A stretch of 64,000 bases of DNA from Mobula birostris. Taxonomy: Eukaryota. Positions 11,957-23,699 of this stretch are shown piece by piece (within the stretch, counting starts at the first letter, position 1; each line of letters starts with the position of its first letter). The notes under the pieces are model-generated. The model was given only the letters and a program-made list of their open reading frames with translations, made no database searches and was not told the DNA's origin. Position numbers and translations under genes: made by a program. The stretch lies in contig NC_092377.1 of NCBI RefSeq assembly GCF_030028105.1, positions 49,602,952 to 49,666,951 of the forward strand. Reading direction: 5' to 3'.

Positions 11957-12166
11957 TATATTTAAAGTGGGGACTGATAGGTTCCTGATTAGTAAGGGTG
12001 TTAAAGGTTACAGAGAGGAAGCTGGAGAATAGGGATGAGAGGGATAAAAATCGGCCCATGATTGAATGGCGGAGCAGACTCAATGAGCCAAATGGCCTAA
12101 TTCCACTCCTATATCTTATGGTTAAATTGTATATCTATTTTTTAATATGTGCATTAATTTTTGTAG

Positions 12167-12251
12167 ATATTTGAAACAGCTGTTCAGGAGAACATCCTTA
12201 TCAATGGAATGTTATGGCAAGAAGTTGCGGAGGATGATGAATTGAGATATG
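12167..12251 (+). CDS. nsl1: NSL1 exon 2
   Basis: ttttgtag acceptor; IFETAVQENILINGMLWQEVAEDDELRY (human TFESAVQENISINGQAWQE). Donor GTATGG, 85 nt, phase 1. Confidence 0.93.
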
Positions 12252-12394
12252 GTATGGAGCACTAAATTCCAGCTCATTATCAGAGTATGTGGTGGATGTA
12301 GAGGTGAAAAGATAAATATTGAACTTAACAAAAAGTCTTACCTTTGAATTCTGATTGTAGTTGTCCAGCTCAATTGCTTAATTGGTTAGCTATT

Positions 12395-12995
12395 TTAATT
12401 CCACTTTCCACTCCCATACCAACATGGCTGTCCACATTCTCCTCTACTGCTAAATTGAGGCTTTGATGCACATTAGAGGAACAGTGTCTCATATTCCACC
12501 ATGGTGGTCTTCAACCTGATGGCATGAACATCAATTTCTCCAACTTAGAATAATCCACTACCTCTGTCACTACTGTCTTTTCCCTTATCTCACTCACTCC
12601 AATACCCTTTCCTGTTCTCTCGATCTGCATATCACCTACTTCTCTGGTTCCCCTTCTCACCTCAAGGTCCACTACTATGAGATTTCATCATCTTCGCTTC
12701 TACCTATTACTTTCCAAGTTCTTACATCATTCCCATTTTCCCCACCCTGATCTGCCTGTCTACCCCTTCACCTTTCACTCATCACTTGACAGCTCTGTCC
12801 AGCAAACACTCTTTCCCCCCCCCCCCCCAATCATTTTATACCGTTATCTTCCGTCTTTCCTTCCAGTCCTGAAGGAGGATTTCAACCAGGAACATCAACT
12901 GTCCATTTTGCTCGATAGATGCTGCCTGTCGCACTGAGAATTGCTCTAGCGTTTTGGGAGTTGCCCAGATTTCCAACATATTACACTCTGTTGTG
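12395..12995 (+). mobile_element. Degenerate Penelope-like 3' fragment
   Basis: GIY-YIG C-terminal remnant (HFNSTFHSH...LQPDGMNINFSN), pyrimidine-rich pLTR and a decayed hammerhead. Confidence 0.7.
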
Positions 12996-13104
12996 TCTCC
13001 ATTTTAAACTATTCTTGGGTGTCCATGTTCTTATGAAGTATTAGCTAGACCAAGTTTTTTTTTTTTGGGAACACTGTCACTGTCCAGATTGAGAGTTGTT
13101 CAAT

Positions 13105-14042
13105 AAGGTTCAAAGGTTCATTTATTATCAAAGTACGTATCCGTATACAACTCTGAGTTTAGTCTTCTCTAGATAGCCACGAAATAAAGAAAGTACTTAA
13201 AAGTCACCCAGAGAGAAACATCAAACCCACCTCTGCACAAAAAAGAATGGCATCGTCATCATCAACCCCCATCCCCCTCCCCACACAAAACACAAGAACA
13301 TTGACCCCCAAACCCCTCCCCATGCACAAAATGCAAGAATATTGCCCCCAAAACCCTCTCCCCTGCACAAAATGCAACAAGAACCTCGACCTCCAAATCC
13401 TCCTCCCCACACAAAGTGCAGCAAGAACATCGATACTAAACCCCCTCCCCCATAGAAAATGCAACATCAACCCCCAAACCCCTTCCTCCGCACAAAACGC
13501 AATAAGAACAACTCCCAAATCCCCTTCCCCTGCACAACAAAGTAGAAAGGAATTGGCAAAAACACAGAATATAAAAACCATAGTCATAAAAAGTCCACAA
13601 TCCATAAACACAGAACCACGAAGCATCCTCTGACATTCATCGAAAGAGAGGCAGAGGCCTATCTGCTTACCATGGCTAGCCACACTATGGTTATCCACTC
13701 ACAGCCAAAACAGGCTGTCAGCACTGATCTCTCGCTCACCTTTTGCATTTGCTTTATGTCTCAATCTTACTCAATGCTTCAATCAGCAAAATGGAGTCGA
13801 AATTTGCCTCTAAATTTCTTTGCATCGAGCCCCACCAAGTACAAGCTCACTTCCCAGAATCTTCTCAGAAACAGCAAAGCAATGGATCACTCAGTGGATC
13901 TCCAAATTGTAAATTACAGGCTGTAACAGTCCCAGAAATACATTTAAGATGAGAAACAGATGTGAAGGAATTAAAATAGACATTTTCATGCACTATCTGG
14001 AAGGTGTTGACTGACGGAGCATTGTACACTAGCACCATCTTT
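13105..14042 (-). mobile_element. Non-autonomous LINE-derived/SINE-like element containing a minisatellite
   Basis: On the minus strand it begins AAGATGGTGC and ends AATAAATGAACCTTTGAACC, like other non-coding retro-derivatives in the window. Confidence 0.45.
13215..13545 (+). repeat. About 38-41-bp degenerate minisatellite (about 8 units)
   Basis: Repeated unit resembling AACCCCCAAACCCCTCCCC(T/A)GCACAAAATGCAAGAACAT. Confidence 0.8.
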
Positions 14043-14933
14043 CCTTATATCTGTGAGCTTAGTCCTCAAATTAATACACAAATATATTTAGCAAGCACTT
14101 AGAGGAATAATATTAAGGAGCATATTATAGTAATTGAAAGTGATTCTGTTACAGAAGATGGAGATACTTTGAGTTAAACTCAGTGTAAATTTGATCCTTG
14201 AACACTGATCAATAAGAGTTGAAAGCATTTTTAACTGGAATGGAATAACCTGGACATCCTATTCAAAATCCTCTGGTGCAACAGCAAAAAACAAATGAAA
14301 GAAAATATATAATATTAGCTGTTAGTGACATGGAATGGAATTGACTTGATTCCTCTGTCAGTGCTTTTAAATGGTTTGCTGTGGGAATCCATCCATTGCT
14401 CATTACAGAACTTTGAGTCTTGGTGTCATCCTGCTCTCTGCAGTCTGCATTTCCTTCATCTATGGGAACTAAGACTAGGTATGCATATTAAATAAAACTA
14501 TAATTAGGGTACTATTAATTTCCATCAATTGTCCTTTTTTTTTGTACAGGTATCTCAAATTGCAATGGACATTTAACAATTGACCTTGTTTCAATTCTAT
14601 TTAAATGGTTTGATTTATTCAAATCAAAATTTTGAATTATGATGAAACCTCATAACTTTATTTTTTGCATGCTGGCAGCAGACATTGCACTTCAATTAAA
14701 TTCTGGTTATGTAAGCAGAAGAAGTTACTTTGTAATTTAAATCTTTCTGAATTTAAATGTTGAAGTGTTATGGTAGTCAACAGGATTTTAATGTTTTTTC
14801 TGTTTTATTTCTGTAGAGAAAGTAAGTTCGATAGGCTGTGCTATTAATTCCTAAAGTAATTGGTGGTGTTAATATCTGGCCAAAAAAAAGCCAATTTTTA
14901 CTAAATATCTTGCTTTAACAATTTTATTTTCAG

Positions 14934-15064
14934 GAAATGACATAAAGAACTTGGATGACGATTTGGATGAATGTATTAAGGAGACAGCCTCAAAACGTAA
15001 ACAGTTTCCCAGAAGGGTCGTTGGACATCTTGCTAAAATCATGAAAGCAGAAAGGGAATTGTTG
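14934..15064 (+). CDS. nsl1: NSL1 exon 3
   Basis: ttttcag acceptor; (G)NDIKNLDDDLDECIKETASKRKQFPRRVVGHLAKIMKAERELL (human SDIKVLEDQFDEIIVDIATKRKQYPRKI). Donor GTATGT, 131 nt. Confidence 0.95.
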
Positions 15065-15414
15065 GTATGTGTTTTCGATTTTGTATCTTTTGTGCTGTTG
15101 AGTTTTTTTTCTCAGGGTGAAAATGTCAGATACTAGAGAGCATGAGTTTAAGGTGAGAGGGAGGGAAGTTTAAAGTAGATTTTATGAAGCGAAGTTTTTT
15201 TTAAACAGACTGGTAGGTACCTGGATTGTGCTGCCAGTGAAGGTGATAGAAACAGATATGATAAAGAACCTCTAGATTGGCACAATAGGTGGAAGGATGT
15301 ATGCCATATGAGATTAGTTAAAATAAGCATAGTCAGTACTCGTACTTAAGAGTCACTTCCTGTGCTGTACTGTTTAATGGTCTATTCATTTCATAGTCTT
15401 GTAAATGTATTGTA

Positions 15415-16433
15415 CGAGGGGTGATTGATAAGTTCGTGGCCTACGGTAGAAGGAGATTAGATTATGAGAACACTCAATCCTATTTTATTGTCATTTAGAA
15501 ATGCATACATGCATTAAGAAATGATACAATGTTTCTCCGGAGTGATATCACAGAAAACAGGACAAACCTAAGACTAACACTGACAGAACCACATAATTAT
15601 AACCTATAGTTGCAGCAGTGCAAAGCAATACCATAATTTGATGAAGAACAAACCATGGGCACGGTAAAAAAAGTCTCAAAGTCCCGGAGTCGATTGACTC
15701 CCGAGTCCCCGATAGCAGGCGGCATAAGGGAGAAATTCCCTGCCATAAACCTCCAGGCACCGTCAACTTGCCGATGCCTTGGAAGCAGCGGACACCAAGT
15801 CCATCTGTCCGAAAACGTCGAGCCTCCAACCAGCCCCTTCGGTGCAGCCTCCCGAGCGCCATCCTCTGCCAAGCACTTTCGACCTAGCCCCGGCTGCTGA
15901 AGCAAGCAAAGCCGAGGATTCGAGGCCTTCTGCTCCAGAGATTCTGGTTACCATACAGTAGCAGCGGCAGTGAAGCGGGCATTTCAGAAGTTTTCCAGAT
16001 GTTCCTCCGTACTCTCACGTCTGTCTCCATCAAATCAGAATTGTGCACGGTCCCCTACTTGACAGATTACAGATATCGTTCACCGGAGAGGCCGCGCGCG
16101 CTGCTGTCGCGCCGTCATCTTCTCCTCCTCTTGTTATTAACTTCAAACTTTCTGCATAGTCACTCAAAGAGTTGAACTGCATATGCATGTAATGAGAGCT
16201 GTATAACTCATCTCCTTCTACCTTGGGCCACGAACTTATCAATCACCCCTGGCTGTGGACCACTTTCTGGAGGTCCAAGATGCCGACTTCTACAAAGAAG
16301 GGATCCGTATGCTCCATGACCCCAGGATTAAGTGTGTAAATGTAGGAGGGGACTATGTTGAAGAATAAATGTGCTAGACTTTCTAAAATTGACTCCTTCT
16401 ACCTTAGGCCATGAACTTATCAATCACCCCTTG
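15415..16433 (+). mobile_element. Mariner-derived non-autonomous element with an extra internal TIR and transposase C-terminal remnant
   Basis: TA TSD. TIR CGAGGGGTGATTGATAAGTTCGTGGCCTA at both ends plus a third copy ending near 16250. 16252-16368 reads AVDHFLEVQDADFYKEGIRMLHDPRIKCVNVGGDYVEE*, a mariner C-terminus. Confidence 0.85.
15466..16130 (-). mobile_element. GC-rich non-autonomous retroelement inserted in the mariner element
   Basis: Minus strand starts GAGGAGAAGATGACGGCGCGACAGCAG and ends GACAATAAAATAGGATTGAGTG. CpG-rich, so probably young. Confidence 0.55.
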
Positions 16434-16569
16434 TATAACGTGATTTGTATTACTCCAGATTTCATGGATTTATGAAAAGGGGATTAGAATTAGTTCTTGG
16501 TTTGGCAGGTTTGTGTTTAATTAAAGATTAAGTGGACTAAGCCTGCATTCTCAAGATTTTAGAAGTCTG

Positions 16570-17140
16570 TGAAGGGAATTACAGAGATGTGAGAGTAGAG
16601 GTGGCCGAAGTTGATTGGAAGGGAACTCTAGCAGGAATGATGGTAGAGCAGCAATGGCTGGAGTTTCTGGGAACAATTCGGAAGGCGCAGGATAATTGCA
16701 TTCCAAAGCATTATTCTAAAGATAGGTGATGCAACTGTGGCTGACAAGGTAAGTGAAAGCCAAAATGAAAACCAAAGAGAGGGCATATAATAGAGCAAAA
16801 ATTAGTAGGAAATTAGAGGATTTTGGAAGCTTTTAATAACCAACAGAAGGTAACAGAAAAAGTCATCGAGGGAAAAGATGGAATCTGAATGTAAGCTAGC
16901 CAATAATATTAAAGAGGATACCAAAAGTTTCTTCAGATATATAAAGAGTAAAAGAGAGACAAGAATAGATATTGGACTGCTGGAAATGTTGCTGGAGAAG
17001 TAGTAATGGGGACAAGGAAATAGCAGAAAAACTGAATAAGTATTTTGCATCAGTCTTCATTGTGGAAGACACTGTCAGTATGCCAGAGGTTCAAGTGTCA
17101 TTGGGCAAAAGTTAGTGAAGTTGTCATTACCAGGGAGAAG
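16570..17140 (+). mobile_element. CR1 ORF2 internal fragment
   Basis: Similar to 37620-38190 (gtattttgcatcagtcttca...gtggaagac). Confidence 0.75.
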
Positions 17141-17589
17141 TCGATGTTTCGGGCGGAGTGTTGAAGGGTCTCAGTCCAAAACGTCAACTGTATTCTTTTC
17201 CACAGATGCTACCTGATCTGAGTTTCTCCAGCATTTTGTGTGTGTTGCTTGGATTTCCAACATCTGCAGATTTTCTCTTGTTAGAGATATGTACAGTAGG
17301 TTTTCAGATATTAATAGTATCGGAGTATGGGTTAAGTGTAGGAAAGTGGTAGAGGTAAAAGGTCACAGGTCTACTCCAGTTTATCTTGTTACAGGTTATT
17401 AACATCCAAGTATTCTTTTTAAAAGAATAGTAATTAAAGAAATCCTCCTGCAAACTGGGACTTCGGAAAAGCAATCTAGCTTACATTATTTGAAATGTAT
17501 CTTTTCAAATGGAGGCTTTTTGATTCATTGATGCTAGGTCTCAGATTCACTCCACCATTTACATCCCTAAACCTATCTTCTCATGTGTT

Positions 17590-17792
17590 CATTAATACCC
17601 ATCTGATTCTCCATGAGCCACCCCTGCTGGGAACAATTCACAGTTGTCAATGAATCTAACAACCAGAATGTTTTTAGGGTGTGGAAAGAAAGCAGAACCC
17701 CTAGGAGTTACCCTACTGTCAATAGGGAGCACGTGCTGCATCCCAATTGTCCTTAACTCACTGGAGATTTTAGAAAGTGATATCACTGTGCC
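17590..17792 (-). mobile_element. V-SINE (HE1-like), degraded
   Basis: Antisense V-domain (gtggaaagaaagcagaacccctaggag) and 5' head GGCACAGTG. Confidence 0.5.
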
Positions 17793-19872
17793 ACCTTCTG
17801 TACTTGGAGTATTTACTGTATTTCAAACACAGACATTCAGCAACTGTTCTTTTCAAAAAGTGCATTAGTTAATGCTCCGTTTGATTCTAAACTAAATCAC
17901 CAGGCACCCTACCGCTATGATTTTTATTTTGCAATTCTACGATATTGGATCACACTTAAGTTTTTAGCTACAGTAATCATTGTCAATTTCTTTGCTGCTC
18001 CTCCCTTTCCTGACTATTTCTGTTCTGAAAACTCAGTTCAGAAAGAGATGATGTGGAGAAGGGACACACAGAAGGATCAATGTGTGCAGTGCAAGGACAG
18101 GAATCTGGCAGTATCAGTGTGTAAAGTACACAGCAGAATGCACTTCAGTATCTCAGGAATAATGCATGTATAAACATAAAGATCTTAATGCTTCCAAAAT
18201 AAAACTGAAGTGTATTATGGATTAAACAACTTTCAACTCTAAAACGGCAAAGTTCAGAGTGGAAGCAAATAACCGTAGTCTTTTTCTTTTTCAAGTCAGG
18301 GTTTCAAAGAAAGGAATACTGTCACTACTTGAACATTCATTGTCAAATAATTCAGTTTGCTTTCACATGACCCTAATCTCCAGTTGTCATGAGATTTCCT
18401 ATTGGTCATATATATATATTCCTTGTGTTTATCTTTCTCAACACAAAATCTTGCATCATGAGTTTCGTTCTCAGTTTCAACTTTTTCTTTTTTATATCAC
18501 ATTTTGATTCAAATTTTGGGCAAAATAAGACTGATACCAGTGTTGTAATGCATAGTTATTCATTTTTAATCCCAGGTTTCAAAGTGTAAGCTAATTACCT
18601 TTTCACTTTCTCTGCCTCCCAACTTTCTCCTACTTACTTCTGCACAAAGTTCACAATATTGTGTTCTATATCGTTGCCCTGAAAATACTTGATAAATTTT
18701 AATTTCATTAACAACTGTCTTCACCTTTTTTCACTAGGAATTTATTGTTGTGAGAGCTCACTATTGTGGAAGCATTTCATTGTCAATAAATCAGAAAAAT
18801 CATTTGCATTCTCTTGTGATCTCATCCCTAACTAATGTAATTATACATGGAGATCAGTCCAGAGTATTGCATTAATAACTGAGAGTTGAACCATTTCCCA
18901 CAAAGCCCACACCAATCTTCAAGCCCCGGTAATACTAATCCTACTCTAATCTATATACTACTAAAACTCTCACGCTCTGTTTTTTCTGTTTTTGTGACCT
19001 CCAATTAGCGCAAACGGTGCATTACAGCAGCACTTTTTTGGGCTAAATTGAATTAAAATGCGCTAACTTACAGAATGCAGGCAAAGTTCAGGGTTATATA
19101 TTGGTATAAGATTTCTCATTCGCCAAAAATCAACAGGCTGGCTTTCACCCGAGATGCGATCGGCCATCATGGAAATTGGGACGTGACAGCCCGACGCATG
19201 CACACGGCTAGCCTCAGCAGCGACATCTACCGGAGCAAAAGGGCAGGGCAGCTCTATTTTGAGGGGTCACATTCTGCTAATCATCACCATCAGCATGTGC
19301 AGGATTGGGACAGATCTAACTGCCACCCATCAATAAGAGATAATTAAATCTTATTGTAATGACGTACTCCAGGACACCCATAAAACCCTTTGCTGCAGTC
19401 AAAGGACAGCGGTGACTATATCACATCCATTTAGGAGAGCGCCAACCACATCATCAAGAATAATCAGCATCCTTTGGTGTTAGTGCTTTGTATCTTCTAT
19501 CCAGCATTAGGGTAAAAAAAAAATGGTCAGCCTAATTATGCCGCGTGGAAAGGGAAGGGGGACATTATGGTCAAGAGATGATGCCAGACGTCGTCAGGAA
19601 GTGGCAAGGAGAGGGAGAGAACAAGAATCAGATGAGGCCAGGGCCGCACGACTCCAGGATCAAAGAGTCAGGACAAAAAAAATGAGAGAAGAAGAGACAG
19701 AGGAGGGGAGGCATGCATGTCTCCAGGATCAGAGGCAAACAACAAACAGCAGAAGGGATGAAGAGACGGGGGGGGTGGGGGTGAATGTCAACGAAAGGCA
19801 CAAGGGTGGCAGAGCAACACTCACAACGTGCCCGAGGAACTCAGCAGGTCGGGCAGCATCCATGGAAATGAT

Positions 19873-19910
19873 CAGTCAATGTTTCGGGCCGGAACCCTTC
19901 GTCAGGACTG
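19873..19910 (-). ncRNA. Minimal type I hammerhead ribozyme motif (AUU site)
   Basis: Reverse complement CAGTC-CTGACGA-AGGGTTCCGGCCC-GAAA-C-ATT-GACTG. Confidence 0.55.
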
Positions 19911-20440
19911 AAGAGGGAAGAGGCAGTGGCCCTATAAAGGAGGTGAGAAGGAGAAGGCTGGTAGGTGCCAGGTGAAAAACCAGTAAGGGGAAAGATCAAG
20001 GGCTGGGGGAGGGGAAGCAGGGAGGTGATAGGCAGGAAAGGTGAAGAAGGAATAGGGGAAAACACAATGGGTAGTAGAAGAAGGCGGAACCATGTGGGAG
20101 GTGATAGGCAGCTGGGGGAGGGGGCAGAGTGAAACGAAGGGGAAGGGAATGACCAGAAGTTGGAGAATTCTATGTTCATGCCCAGGGGCTGGAGGCTACC
20201 CAGACAGTATATGAGGTGTTGCTCTTCCAACCTGAGTTTAGCCTCATCCTGGCAGTAGAGGAGGCCATGTATGGACATATCTGCATGGGAATGGGAAGCA
20301 GAATTGAAGTGGGTGGCAACCGGGAGATCCTGTCTGTTGTGGCGGACGGAGTGGAGGTGCTCAACGAAGCGGTCCCCCAATCTGTGTTGGGTTTCACCGA
20401 TGTAGAGGAGGCCGCACTGGGAGCATCGGAGGCAATAGAT

Positions 20441-21224
20441 CAGGGGTCCCCAACCTTTTTTGCACCATGGACCAGTTTAATATTGACAATATTCTTGTGG
20501 ACTGGGCTGGGGGCGGGGGGGGGGTTTCAAATAGGGTTAAACTCACCTCGGCATGTCTTTTACAGTTAGGGTTGCCAACTTTCGCACTCCCAAATAAGGG
20601 ATAAAAGTAGCAGTCAAATCCCGGGACACTTTACACCAGGAAGGACTACCATGACCATGAAGCCTTGCGCGGGCACCTGTGTGCGCATGTGATGTGCGCA
20701 TGCACGTACATGCCGAATTTTTTCCCCACAAATCAGCTTTGCCTTCATCTTCCCGACTATACTGCACATACATTATTTCTACTTTATATAGGCTGTGTAT
20801 TTATCATATCGTTCCTGCTTTTACTATATGTTAGTGTTATTTATTTTCAGTTTTATGTGTTATTTGGTATTAAATTATTAGGTTATTCTTTGGGTCTGGG
20901 AACGTTCAAAAATTTTTCCCATATAAATTAATGGTAATTGCTCCTTCGCTTCACACCATTTTGGCACAAAAGGTTTTATAGGAACATTCTACCTTAGTGG
21001 GAGAAATCCGAGAGAAGGGTGGTCCCGTATGGGACAAACCAACTTATCCCAATATACAGGATGTCCCAGCAAATACGGGACTGTTGGCAACCTATGTTCA
21101 AGTTCAACAGTACATGACAGGGAATGAGGAAAGGTGCAGCTGACTCATATCATTTCGTCGCGGCCTGGTAGCACATGCTTTGCAGCCTGGTACCAGTCCG
21201 CGGCCCGGTGGTTGGGGACTGCTG
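20441..21224 (-). mobile_element. Composite hAT MITE, copy 2
   Basis: CAGGGGTCCCCAAC ... GTTGGGGACTGCTG. 8-bp TSD CAATAGAT/TAATAGAT. Colinear in reverse with 53-783. Confidence 0.88.
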
Positions 21225-21919
21225 TAATAGATGACCCCAACAGACTCACAAGTGAAGTGTTGCCTCACTTGGAAGGACTGTTTGGGGCCCTGAATGGTGG
21301 CAAGAGAGGAGGTGTAGGGACAGCTGTAGCACTTGTGCTTACAGAGCTAAGTGCCAGGTGGGAGATCTGTGGGGAGGGACGTGTGGACCAGGGAGTCGTG
21401 GAGGGAACGAACCCTGCAGAAAACGGAGAGGGGTGGAGAGGGAAAGATGTGCTTAGTGGTGGGGTCCTGTTGAAGGTGGCAGAAGTTGCGGAGGATAATG
21501 TGCTGGATCCGGAGGCTGGTGGGGTGCTAGGTGAGGACAAGGGGAACTCTGTCCCTGTTGTGGTGGCGGGAGGATGGGGTGAGGGCCAAAGTGCAGGAAA
21601 TGGAGGAGATGCGGGTGAGGGCATCATTGATGACGGCAGAAGGGAAACCATGATCTTTAAGAAAAGAGGACATTTGAGATGTCCTGGATGGCAGATAAGC
21701 CAGAAATGATGCCATCAAAAGTGTCCTTCGTTAAATGAGCAGCTATATTTGCTTTGCTGTGCATCATTCTTCTTCAATAAACTGAGGTTTTCTACTTCAG
21801 TTTCCAAAGCAAAGTGATACCAATGGCATTCAGGAAAATTTAATGTTCATTCTGGTCACATCAAAGGGTGCCCCAACGGGTGACCCCGTTGTCTAATCTT
21901 TTTTAAATTTCTCTCCGCT

Positions 21920-22195
21920 ATTTTAGGGACGCAGCTCAGAACAGGCCCTTCCGGCGCAATAAGCCACACCACCCAGCAGCCTACCTATTTAATCCTAGCC
22001 TAATCACGGGACAATTTACAATGATCAATTAAATTACTTACTGGTACGTCTTTGGAATGTGGGAGGAAACTGGGGCTTCCAGAGGAAGCCCACATGCTCA
22101 CGGGAAGGACATGCAAACTTATGGACAGAGCTGGAATTGAACTTCAACACTCCACCTGTAATAGCATTACACTAATCACTATGCTACAGTGGCAA
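21920..22195 (-). mobile_element. V-SINE (HE1-like)
   Basis: Antisense V-domain gtctttggaatgtgggaggaaactgg...gaggaagcccacatgctcacgggaagg. Confidence 0.7.
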
Positions 22196-22876
22196 CACAA
22201 CTATCAACTTGCTTCTCACCTACAGTCTAATATGGCCAATTAACCTACCTGCCTTCACTTTTTGAGATGTGTGAGGATACCCATGGAGTCACAAGGAGAA
22301 CATGAATGCTCCCCATGGCGCCAGAAATCAGGAAAGAACAAAGATTTACTAGCTGTGCCAGCCAGAAAGAGGCGTTCACTAATTTTCTGCTTACCAGCCT
22401 TTATGCCCATGTGGTTTGAGTGGTTTTTGATGCCCAGCAACACAAAACATCCCATGTCCTTCTTCGTAGATCTCCACTGAAAATTTTAACGCCCGATCTT
22501 TCACTTGTTTAGGTGTTCTTTACTATTTCCCATCACCTGGTCTAGCCGTGCTTTGCAGTACAGACTGGTTTTAAGTGATGTTCAGAAGTTATGAAATTGT
22601 GCTGCCTGCTGATATGCAGAGGTATTGACATGCAGCAAAATATACTATGCTCTTTACATCTCAATTAGTATCACATCTTGGTCTGTGTACTAATTGTAAA
22701 GGGTGATGAAATTGGTTGCCCCCTTGATTCCTTTTACCATGCATGATTAAGTCTGCATTCTAGACCACTATTACTCAGTCTGTACAAGCTTCAAAAGTAG
22801 TATTACTTTAATAGTAAAATATTTTAACTGATTTTGTTTATTACTGTCATAAACTTAATACATTTCATTGTTGCAG

Positions 22877-22934
22877 AAGCTTTATCAGCCAATGGTAGAT
22901 CTGCAAATGAAAATGGAAACCCATCCAGAACAAG
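22877..22934 (+). CDS. nsl1: NSL1 exon 4
   Basis: ttgcag acceptor; KLYQPMVDLQMKMETHPEQ (human KQYHPVVHP). Donor GTAATC, 58 nt; phases fit exons 3 and 5. Confidence 0.88.
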
Positions 22935-23377
22935 GTAATCACCTAGCATAAATTTTTGCTATAGACCTGAGTTAATTAACACAATAAAACAACAGAAGGT
23001 AGTTATCAAGTAATCTTTTACATCAGGGATAACATCTTTTAAATGTTGTAATGGTACTCACCTCTACTACTTCCTTGACAGCGTGTTCTACATGCTCACT
23101 ACTTTCTGTGTGGTTGGAGGAAAAGGAGTTGTCCCTCAAGTTCCCATTAAATCTTTCTCCTCTCACCTTAAATTTACAGTATGTAATCTAGTTTTAGACT
23201 CCCTTATTCTGGGAAAAAGACTTTCTCCACCCCTCAGTTTCTGTGCTCAAGGCAAAAAAGGTCCCAGTCTCTCCAGCCACTTGTACTGTACTCATGTCCC
23301 TGTAAGATCCTGGTGAATCTTTCCTGTACCTTTTTCAGCTTACAAACATCATTCCTATGATTGACCAGAACTGCACA

Positions 23378-23413
23378 AGTCCTGACGAACGGTCTCGGCC
23401 TGAAACGTCGACT
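23378..23413 (+). ncRNA. Minimal type I hammerhead ribozyme motif, intact core (GUC site)
   Basis: AGTC-CTGACGA-ACGGTCTCGGCCT-GAAA-C-GTC-GACT: stem I AGTC/GACT, CUGANGA and GAAA boxes, palindromic ACGT in place of stem III. Confidence 0.75.
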
Positions 23414-23510
23414 GTACCTCTTCCTAGAGATGCTGCCTGGCCTGCTGCGTTCACCAGCAACTTTTATGTGTGTTGCTTGAAATTCCAGCATCTGCAGAAT
23501 TCCTCGTGTT
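23378..23510 (+). mobile_element. Short Penelope pLTR insertion inside an old CR1 fragment
   Basis: Identical family to 40918-41198 and 49943-50040. Flanked by TGCAC on both sides. Confidence 0.8.
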
Positions 23511-23631
23511 TGCACGATACTCAGTGTGGTCTCACCAACAACACCTTGCAACATGACACCCCAACCACTAGGTGCTAACTCTTTTTGGTATTTGTGCATT
23601 GGCCAATTTTAATATGTATGCTTTTCATTAG

Positions 23632-23699
23632 TGTTCAAGGAAGCAGAAATATTGGAAAGTACATCAAAAAATTGTCAAGATATGAGTGAAGCCATGAAG
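23632..23699 (+). CDS. nsl1: NSL1 exon 5
   Basis: cttttcattag acceptor; (V)FKEAEILESTSKNCQDMSEAMK (human ...EISEAMK). Donor GTAAGA, 68 nt. Confidence 0.92.

Larger units (their letters stand above)
9905..12122 (+). mobile_element. CR1 3' fragment split by a Tigger insertion (9905-10393 and 11957-12122)
   Basis: CR1 RT C-terminal motifs and 3' end (ggcctaattccactcctatatcttatgg). The sequence joins seamlessly across the TA target (tcattgggTA|tatttaaag). Confidence 0.8.
19814..21688 (-). mobile_element. Penelope-like element (5'-truncated; RT C-terminus, GIY-YIG endonuclease and pLTR)
   Basis: GVIYCLRCSQCGLLYIGET (split by the MITE) and DRFVEHLHSVRHNRQDLPVATHFNS...RLEEQHLIYCLGSLQPLGMN. Possible 7-bp TSD TGGCAGA (19807-19813 / 21689-21695). 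Confidence 0.88.
18950..21896 (+). mobile_element. Helitron deletion derivative interrupted by Penelope and hAT insertions
   Basis: 5' A|TCTATATACTACTAAAA. 3' hairpin CAACGGG-TGAC-CCCGTTG then CTAA|T (CTRR). ORF 19523-19800 has R/E-rich repeats (ESDEARAARLQDQR; ETEEGRHACLQDQR) like RepHel N-termini. Confidence 0.7.

Noticed and set aside
13204-13698. Repetitive 128-164-aa ORFs and a CRISPR-like periodic array
   Set aside because: This is a degenerate tandem minisatellite without unique spacers, in vertebrate DNA with no cas genes. The ORFs are by-products of the repeat.
19841-20380. 179-aa ORF as a host nuclease gene
   Set aside because: It is the GIY-YIG C-terminus of a truncated Penelope element running into its pLTR.
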